DNA of 26,568 nt, from positions 1 through 26,568 of the forward strand of contig JBLIRN010000039.1 in assembly GCA_049472315.1 (NCBI GenBank), given 5' to 3'. The stretch comes from a bacterium (lineage in GTDB: Bacteria; SZUA-182; DTGQ01; JAFGSM01). The position numbers and the translations under genes are program-made. Shown here piece after piece: positions 1 through 6,557 of the stretch. A model generated the notes under the pieces. The model ran no database searches, was not told the origin of the DNA, and saw nothing but the letters and a program-made list of their open reading frames with translations. Each line of letters starts with the position of its first letter. Position 1 is the stretch's first letter.

Positions 1-107
1 ATAAAACGTAGGGGGCCTTTGCAAACGTATCGCGTATACGATAACATATCTTTAATATATCTTTCTATTCGGCCAACTCATCCTGTTTCATCCCCTGGAG
101 GATACGC

Positions 108-1001
108 GTGACCAATCTGAAGACAGCCTTTTTGGAGACGAGGCCTCAGTTCCTGCTTCTTTCCGTGGTCCTGGTTATGGTCGGCACCGGCGCGGCGTAT
201 CTTTCCGGATATCGACATATCACTCACACGATCCTTGCGTTAATCGGCCTTGTCGCCCTCCATATCAGTGTAAACGTATTGAACGATTACCACGACTTCA
301 AAACGGGGATCGATCTGCATACCACCCGCACACCATTTTCAGGGGGAAGCGGACTTCTCCCCATCGGACGCATCCCCCCGGAAACGGCCAGGCGGATCGG
401 CCTTACAAGCCTTGGAATCGGTTGCATGATCGGCATCTATTTCACCTTCACGGCGGGGTGGGAGTTTCTGATGATCCTCCTGCCCGGGATATTTATGATC
501 TATGCCTACAATCCGCTGCTCAGCACGCTGGCAATCGGCGAAATGTCCGCGGGACTCGGCCTGGGATTCCTGCCGGTCGTGGGGATCTACTTCATCATCA
601 CCGGAAAGGTCACCCCACTGGCATTCTTCGCAGGGGTCCCTCCCTTCCTTCTCACCTTCAACCTTCTCTTTTTGAATGAATTCCCCGACGCAGAGGCCGA
701 CCGCATGGGCGGCCGCAGGCATATCGTCATCCGCCTCGGAAAGAGGAAGGCGGGAATACTCTATACATTCATCACCCTCCTTACCTACCTGTGGGTACCC
801 TTCGGCATCCTCATGGGGATCTTTCCTTCCTGGACCTTGTTGAGCCTCCTCACCCTTCCCTTTGCAGTCAGGGCGATCAAGGGCGCGCTCATGGATTACG
901 ATCAGGGGGAACGGCTTGTCCCCGCGCAGGGCGCGAACGTCGCAATGGTCCTGTTGACCCAGGCGCTGCTGGCGGTGGGATTTTTCCTGGCCGCCCCATA
1001 A
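108..1001 (+). CDS. menA: UbiA-superfamily prenyltransferase, MenA/UBIAD1-like (DHNA polyprenyltransferase-like)
   Basis: 297 aa, multiple TM helices; Asp-rich motifs NDYHDFKTGID and NEFPDAEAD, plus FSGGSG; GTG start with GGAGG RBS at 97-101. Confidence 0.75.
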   Translation: MTNLKTAFLETRPQFLLLSVVLVMVGTGAAYLSGYRHITHTILALIGLVALHISVNVLNDYHDFKTGIDLHTTRTPFSGGSGLLPIGRIPPETARRIGLTSLGIGCMIGIYFTFTAGWEFLMILLPGIFMIYAYNPLLSTLAIGEMSAGLGLGFLPVVGIYFIITGKVTPLAFFAGVPPFLLTFNLLFLNEFPDAEADRMGGRRHIVIRLGKRKAGILYTFITLLTYLWVPFGILMGIFPSWTLLSLLTLPFAVRAIKGALMDYDQGERLVPAQGANVAMVLLTQALLAVGFFLAAP

Positions 1002-1194
1002 ACCAAGCTTGCTAGGGCGAAGCGAAGCGGAGCCACTATGAACCCCTTCCGTTCACCTGAAGGCCCACGACTTCACCAACCAAGCTTGCCAGAGCGGAGC
1101 GTAGCGGAGCTACTATGCTGCCCCTCCGGCAACCAATCCCGCCGCGACTTCACCAACCAAGCTTGCCAGGACGAAACGCATCGCAGCTATTAAT
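1001..1194. repeat. Degenerate 77-bp tandem repeat, about 2.5 copies
   Basis: Units start at 1001, 1078 and 1155 with AACCAAGCTTGC; exact 25-mer CGACTTCACCAACCAAGCTTGCCAG at 1068-1092 and 1145-1169; units 1 and 2 match at 57/77 positions by manual alignment. Confidence 0.9.
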
Positions 1195-1371
1195 GTATTG
1201 AGCAGAGAGCGGTTGCCCAAATGATCATTTTTTGGGGATGCCTCTGTTGAAAATTTGATCATCTTCCTGTGCCCGTTCCCTGCCATTCCGGCATTTTTTT
1301 AGTATCTTATTTTTTTATAACTTTTTTTAAAATATATTATTCTTTTTATCCCGCCGATATCATAAAAATTA

Positions 1372-1387
1372 TGGCATGGGATATGCT
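1372..1387 (+). promoter_or_regulatory. Putative sigma54 (-24/-12) promoter
   Basis: TGGCAT-GGGAT-ATGCT with GG(1373-74)-N10-GC(1385-86); AT-rich tract upstream (about 1290-1370). Confidence 0.6.
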
Positions 1388-1529
1388 TATCGGGATTGAC
1401 CACAAAGGGAATACCCTTTGACACCGATAAGAAATGGAGGGAATGAATACATTCACCGATAGGCTGTTTATCCGGTCAGCGTTCCCACTGAAGAGCGGTT
1501 TCACTATCGAAGGCAAAGGAGGGATTACG

Positions 1530-1943
1530 TTGATTGACAGCAATTCCGATTTTCCTCAAAAGCCGCATACTATTCTGATCGTTGATGATGAGCCTGCAAT
1601 TCGGATGACCATTGCGGAGATGCTAAAGCCTTTGAGCTGTCGCATAATGCATGCGGGCAATGCCAGCGAGGCACTGGATATCGTCAAGGGGAATGTAATC
1701 GACCTCGTCATACTGGATGTTTTACTGCCTGGCAGGCATGGCTTCTATGTCTGCTCCTCCATCAGGGAAATGGAGGAGGGGAAAAAGATACCCATTCTAA
1801 TCATGACAGCCGTGTATACAAAGATGAAGTTCTATTACCAGGCCAAGGAGTGCGGAGCGGATGCTTATATGATAAAGCCCTTCAAGATGGATGCGCTCTT
1901 GAGCAAGGTAACCAGGTTGCTGAACATCAACGCAACACAATAG
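1530..1943 (+). CDS. Single-domain response regulator (receiver only)
   Basis: ILIVDDE, DLVILD (phospho-Asp intact), IMTA, KPF; TTG at 1530 follows AGGAGG at 1517-1522 and is preferred over the track start at 1434. Confidence 0.9.
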   Translation: MIDSNSDFPQKPHTILIVDDEPAIRMTIAEMLKPLSCRIMHAGNASEALDIVKGNVIDLVILDVLLPGRHGFYVCSSIREMEEGKKIPILIMTAVYTKMKFYYQAKECGADAYMIKPFKMDALLSKVTRLLNINATQ

Positions 1944-1969
1944 GCTGCCATGGAATACGGATAAACGTA

Positions 1970-3595
1970 ATGAACTTCGGGGTGGATTGGTCAAAAAAGA
2001 GAATCGTACTCCTGACACGATGGCTGGTCGTTATTGTCATCTCGTACCTTATTATTTTCGGTCAGGGGCTCAATCTTTTCTCGCTCATGTCACCCGAATC
2101 CCTGCTCATTCTCATCTACGTCATCTCCAATATTATACTCAGTTTTCAGAAGGAGTCCTTCTTCGATCATAAGACCTTTGACATAGCATTGTTCTTCTTC
2201 GACACCACCATGATCTCACTGGGGATCTATACGGCGGGGGTCATCGAGGCGGATTTCTATGTGGTATTCTTTCTCGAGATCATTATCCTCAGCATTGCCC
2301 ACAGCCTGAAAAGTGTCATCCTCAGTGCGTTCATTTTTTGCACCATCTACGGGTTTTTTCTCATCCATTACCTTCAAAGGAACTTCATCTACAAGGAGGA
2401 CTACCTCCTCAGGCTTCCCTTCCTGTTCATTGTCGCGCTCTATTTCGGAAGCGTTATCATCATTGTCAAGAGAAATATGCGAGCGATCAAGAACCTTTCA
2501 GAAACCTGTCACCTGATCCTCACCAGTATCCATGATATGGTGTTCTCTCTGGACACTGAGGGGAAATTCACCTTTGTCAGCCCCAGTTGCAAATATGTGG
2601 TAGGGGAAACCGCAAGCGCCCTTATGTCGGAACCTGACCGGTTCTACGATCTGGTCCTCGCCGAACATAAGGGAAAGACGGTGGCGTTGATGAAGAATCT
2701 CGTCAAAACACCCGCTCAGGGGAAATTTGAATTCAAGATCAACCATCCCACCAGGGGGGTATGCTGGCTTCAGATGACCTATTCGCCGACACGGGACAAG
2801 AAAGGGATGCTGTGCGGCGTGCAGGGTTCCATCAGGGATGTAACCGATCTGAAGGAAACCCAGCATGCAATCATGCGCTCCGAATCAACGATGTCCATGG
2901 GAAGACTCGCCTCCGGCATGGCATTGGAGATAAACAATCCCCTACAGGCGGTCAAGAACGTCATAACGATCCTGGAAAAGAACAGCAACTTCGTCCAGAC
3001 GCACCGGTATGCATTGGATATGCTCAGGGAGAGCGAACACCGCATCGAGAATATCATGCAGAAGATTATCGAGATGTCCCAGTTCGACACCTCTGACAAG
3101 GGGCTTGTGGATGTGCACCAGCTTCTCCAAAAGGTGGTCTCCCTGACCAAGCACCAGATGAAGCTCGATCAAATACAGATCAAGTTCGCCTTCAGCCCCG
3201 ATGATGCAATGGTGCTCGCCAACTCGAAGCTGCTCTACCAGGCATTCCTCAACATCATCATCAACTCCATCGAGTCAATGGAAGGGGGAGGCAAGATCTC
3301 CCTTTCCAGCCTCACCAAGGATGCGTATATCGAGATCCAGCTTACCGATACCGGACGCGGGATTCCGGCTGAGCACCTTCCCAGTATCTTCAATCCCTTC
3401 TATACCACCAAGAAAAAAACCAATGCCTCCGGACTGGGGCTCACGGTCTCCTACTGGATCATCAATGACATGGGAGGGGATATCCGTATCAACAGCCTTG
3501 ACGGAATAGGAACGACCGTCATCATCACCATCCCCCTTTACACGGGGTCACCCGTCCCGGAAACAGCTTCGCACCAGGAGGTCTGCCATGCCTGA
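1970..3595 (+). CDS. Membrane PAS sensor histidine kinase-like protein lacking the phospho-His (multi-TM, PAS, DHp, HATPase)
   Basis: About 6 TM helices; PAS (DMVFSLDTEGKFTFVSPS...GSIRDVT); H-box GRLASGMALEINNPL; N, G1 (DTGRGI), F (IFNPFYTTK) and G2 (GLGL) boxes; start likely ATG 1970 because the 1850 start overlaps the upstream gene. Confidence 0.88.
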   Translation: MNFGVDWSKKRIVLLTRWLVVIVISYLIIFGQGLNLFSLMSPESLLILIYVISNIILSFQKESFFDHKTFDIALFFFDTTMISLGIYTAGVIEADFYVVFFLEIIILSIAHSLKSVILSAFIFCTIYGFFLIHYLQRNFIYKEDYLLRLPFLFIVALYFGSVIIIVKRNMRAIKNLSETCHLILTSIHDMVFSLDTEGKFTFVSPSCKYVVGETASALMSEPDRFYDLVLAEHKGKTVALMKNLVKTPAQGKFEFKINHPTRGVCWLQMTYSPTRDKKGMLCGVQGSIRDVTDLKETQHAIMRSESTMSMGRLASGMALEINNPLQAVKNVITILEKNSNFVQTHRYALDMLRESEHRIENIMQKIIEMSQFDTSDKGLVDVHQLLQKVVSLTKHQMKLDQIQIKFAFSPDDAMVLANSKLLYQAFLNIIINSIESMEGGGKISLSSLTKDAYIEIQLTDTGRGIPAEHLPSIFNPFYTTKKKTNASGLGLTVSYWIINDMGGDIRINSLDGIGTTVIITIPLYTGSPVPETASHQEVCHA

Positions 3596-4649
3596 CGAGA
3601 AACGATGGAAGATCCTCATTATCGATGACGACCCCCTTGTCCTGAAGAGCTTTATCTCCCTTCTCAACTTCGATGGGTACCTGGCGGTCGGCGTATCCAC
3701 CGTCTCGAGGGCACTCAAGGCACTGGAGCGGGACAGCTTCGACATCGTGCTCACCGAGCTGATCATGGAAGAGATGGGCAGTGAGAAATTGCTCTCCGCC
3801 ATCTTTCAGAGGGCGCCGGGTGTCATCGTGATGGTGCTCACCGGATACGGGTCCCTCCAGATGGCCATGCAGGCAATGCACAAGGGTGCATATGATTTTA
3901 TCCTCAAACCCTGCGACTATAACGTCCTGAAGTTGAGGATCGACAGGGCCATCAAGGAAATGAGGATCCTGGAAGGACAAAAGAAGGCGGAACTGGGATT
4001 GAGGGAATCGGAGGATCGCTACCGCATCGTGGTCGAGAATATCCACGATCTGCTTCTCCTGCTGGACGAGGATAAAAATTGTCTGTATGCAAGCCCGAGT
4101 TGGGAGACCCAGTTCGGACTGTCGCTGAGCAGCCTGGTGGGAAAAAACTGGATTGATCTCCTCACCGTTGGGGACAGGAAACGGATTGAACGGGCATTTC
4201 AATCCCTCTCTGATCACCGGGACCAAAACCAGGAATTCGAAATCCAACTGTGCGGAAACAACAATATCACGAAGACCTTCAAGGGATATATGCTTTCGCC
4301 GAAGAGCGGAATGAAACAAAAACCCCTCATCTTCCTTCTCCTCCATGACATCACGGAGCATTTGAAGATCCAGGAGCAGGAGCGGGAGATCGAACGGATC
4401 AAGGCGGCAAAGGACCTGGCGATTGCCACGGCACATCATATAAACCAGCCCATCACCTGCGTCAGGGGGCTCACCGAGATCATGCTCAAGGAACCCAAGG
4501 AGCGGCACGTGGTCCTGGAATACCTGGAGCAGATACTCATCCAGTGCGATATCGTCCAGGATATCACCGAAAAACTTCAAAAAATCGACAAGTATGAGAC
4601 CGAGCCCTATATGGATGAGGAGATGCTCAAGATACTCGAGAGTGAATAG
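3588..4649 (+). CDS. Pseudo-receiver/PAS/DHp protein with no ATPase domain
   Basis: REC fold (ILIIDDD, DIVLTE, VLTG, KP); coiled coil; PAS (YRIVVENIHD...LHDITE); C-terminal TAHHINQP helix; overlaps the kinase gene by 8 bp. Confidence 0.88.
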   Translation: MPDEKRWKILIIDDDPLVLKSFISLLNFDGYLAVGVSTVSRALKALERDSFDIVLTELIMEEMGSEKLLSAIFQRAPGVIVMVLTGYGSLQMAMQAMHKGAYDFILKPCDYNVLKLRIDRAIKEMRILEGQKKAELGLRESEDRYRIVVENIHDLLLLLDEDKNCLYASPSWETQFGLSLSSLVGKNWIDLLTVGDRKRIERAFQSLSDHRDQNQEFEIQLCGNNNITKTFKGYMLSPKSGMKQKPLIFLLLHDITEHLKIQEQEREIERIKAAKDLAIATAHHINQPITCVRGLTEIMLKEPKERHVVLEYLEQILIQCDIVQDITEKLQKIDKYETEPYMDEEMLKILESE

Positions 4650-4713
4650 GGAACACCAGGTGAAAAGGGCAGGCCCATACTACCGACAAACATGGAAAGG
4701 TGAGGGGCCGGAT

Positions 4714-5307
4714 ATGCGGCGACCTTCGTCAAGAACAACCGTTCATCCCGTTGTCGTGCTCCTGGGTGCCTTTGTGTTCCAGGTGTCCCTCCAGTTCCTT
4801 GTTCCCGCAGTATCCATGGCCCAACGGTACCCGCAACGGGGATCCTACTATCCCTCCTCACCCTATCAGCGCCAGGGATCACTGAGCGGTCCCTTTCTTC
4901 GCTATGCCGCGGGATATGGTATACCCTATGGGTACCTGGGCATCAACGGCGAGTTTTCCCTCCTCGAGTACGTCTCCTTGATGGGCGGAATGGGGTACAG
5001 TCCGGGGGGCTCCAGTTGGATCATGGGGGCGCGGGTTTACACGAACGTGCGCGCACGCAGGTTCAGGCCCAGGATCTCGATGCTCTACGGAACGGTGAGC
5101 GTTCTCTCCAAACGGTATGGCCCGGAAGAGACCTATGAAAACGATCAGGGATACGGGTTCGGACTCGGCTTTGACTGGAAGGTGGTGGACCCTGCGCGGT
5201 ACAGCCTGGATTTCGATATCATCATGACCGACTACGATGTGCCGCCGGGATACGAAAAAAAGGGGCCGGAGATAAAATTCTCACTGGGATTCGGCCGTCT
5301 GTTCTGA
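4714..5307 (+). CDS. Putative small outer-membrane beta-barrel protein
   Basis: Hydrophobic signal segment ending SMA-Q; Gly/Tyr-rich alternating strands; C-terminal FSLGFGRLF; ATG 4714 follows a purine-rich RBS. Confidence 0.6.
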   Translation: MRRPSSRTTVHPVVVLLGAFVFQVSLQFLVPAVSMAQRYPQRGSYYPSSPYQRQGSLSGPFLRYAAGYGIPYGYLGINGEFSLLEYVSLMGGMGYSPGGSSWIMGARVYTNVRARRFRPRISMLYGTVSVLSKRYGPEETYENDQGYGFGLGFDWKVVDPARYSLDFDIIMTDYDVPPGYEKKGPEIKFSLGFGRLF

Positions 5308-5320
5308 GGATGTCCTTCGT

Positions 5321-6301
5321 TCAAAACCGCATCCCCACGCGGCATACGATACGGCTGAACCGGGTGCTGCTCTCCGGAATCGTTTCCTTTCCCCTGATCT
5401 TCATACGAAAGATCGAATACCCGAGATGGTAGTTGACCGTGCGAAAGCTCCCCTTCAACCCTATCCTCCCCGAGATGGACTTGGCAGTCGTCTTCTCCGG
5501 GGAGGATGAAAGGGTACTCCCCGCGTACCCATTCTCCACGCTGGCACCGTAAAATCCGGTCCCGATATCGAAGTACATACCCACCCCCCTGTCACCCATG
5601 GTAAAGTCGAATCCCAGGTTCGGCTCGCACCCGAACAGGGCGAAATCGGTCTGTTGCGGGACCGGAGGGGCATCCGGAAGGGTGATCAGATCCAGGGAGT
5701 CCTTGCGCCGAAGCGCATGGAAACGGTAGACGAACCCCAATCCCATCCTCGGGCGGGCCAGAACAGGCAAGGGATAGAGGGCCGTCTCCTCGAAATCGTA
5801 GTTGAGGTGGGCCTCCATGCAAAGTCCCTGGGCCATGAGCTTGTTGATCCGAAAGAGCTTCTGATCCGAATACCAGCGCTCCAGCCGGTAGCTGGTCCCG
5901 AAGAGCTCCCCGCTCACCTCGATTCTCAGCGCATTCCCCACATCCCTGACCATGAACAGCGACTTCATGCTCACCATGTCCCCGATATACATGGACTGTG
6001 CATTGGATGAACCCACCCCGCTGTATATGTCATAGGAGATATTCCCAAGGCCTGTCTCGAGCATTGCCTCATAGTGAGGGTCCTCGTCCGCCTTTTCGTC
6101 CGCATGCCCTGTCGAGGTCCCGGCCGGCATGCCGCTCCCGCGCCGCTGGAAGGTCTGGGCCGGCGTGCCGGTCCCGCGCCGCTGTCCAAAGCAATGTGCA
6201 GGGTAAAAGATCAGGCAGAAAACCGCTGCAAGACAAAGGACCCTGGCAAGACGTATATGCATGGCTATTGTGTGTGCTCTGTTCGGGTTTTTCATGCCCA
6301 C
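5321..6301 (-). CDS. Putative outer-membrane beta-barrel protein
   Basis: Signal peptide (VLCLAAVFCLIFYPAHCFG-Q); amphipathic strands; terminal CRVGMRF; AGGAGA RBS before the GTG. Confidence 0.6.
   Translation of the reverse strand: MGMKNPNRAHTIAMHIRLARVLCLAAVFCLIFYPAHCFGQRRGTGTPAQTFQRRGSGMPAGTSTGHADEKADEDPHYEAMLETGLGNISYDIYSGVGSSNAQSMYIGDMVSMKSLFMVRDVGNALRIEVSGELFGTSYRLERWYSDQKLFRINKLMAQGLCMEAHLNYDFEETALYPLPVLARPRMGLGFVYRFHALRRKDSLDLITLPDAPPVPQQTDFALFGCEPNLGFDFTMGDRGVGMYFDIGTGFYGASVENGYAGSTLSSSPEKTTAKSISGRIGLKGSFRTVNYHLGYSIFRMKIRGKETIPESSTRFSRIVCRVGMRF
6115..6184 (-). repeat. Intragenic 36-bp duplication (QRRGTGTPAQTF / QRRGSGMPAGTS)
   Basis: 6115-6148 and 6151-6184 match at 30/34 positions. 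Confidence 0.8.
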
Positions 6302-6518
6302 TGTCCGTTCTCCTGTCTACTATATCTATCGTCATATCCATGCGAGTAATTTATTTGTTTTGTTTGAGCTTCCGGGGCATCCCTTTCCCCCGTGAGGCAA
6401 TTCCGATTCTGAGACCTTTGGCAGCATCGTGGTCAGACATAGTTTTCAGCAATTACGCTTTAAAAACTAAATGATTCTTGACGACTTTGACGAGACTCTG
6501 GTCACCCATGAACATGTA

Positions 6519-6547
6519 TTGATTTGGCCCTCCCGTGCTGATACTAT
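6519..6547 (+). promoter_or_regulatory. Putative sigma70 promoter of the EndoQ-UvrD gene
   Basis: TTGATT-17 bp-TACTAT with an extended -10 TG at 6539-40. Confidence 0.6.
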
Positions 6548-6557
6548 AAAGGCGCCT

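Noticed and set aside
1001..1194. CRISPR array
   Set aside because: The repeats are degenerate, the 27-bp variable parts resemble each other (12/27), there are only about 2.5 units, and no cas genes are in the window.
1434..1969. Upstream starts at 1434 and 1850
   Set aside because: There is a better RBS at 1530, and the 1850 extension overlaps the receiver gene without recognisable content.
3525..4580. 351-aa antisense ORF
   Set aside because: Shadow of the REC-PAS-DHp gene with no motifs.
1200..4650. Horizontally acquired island (lower GC by eye)
   Set aside because: No integrase, tRNA or flanking repeats were found, and TM-rich coding sequence plus promoter DNA can explain part of the dip. 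GC was not computed across the region.
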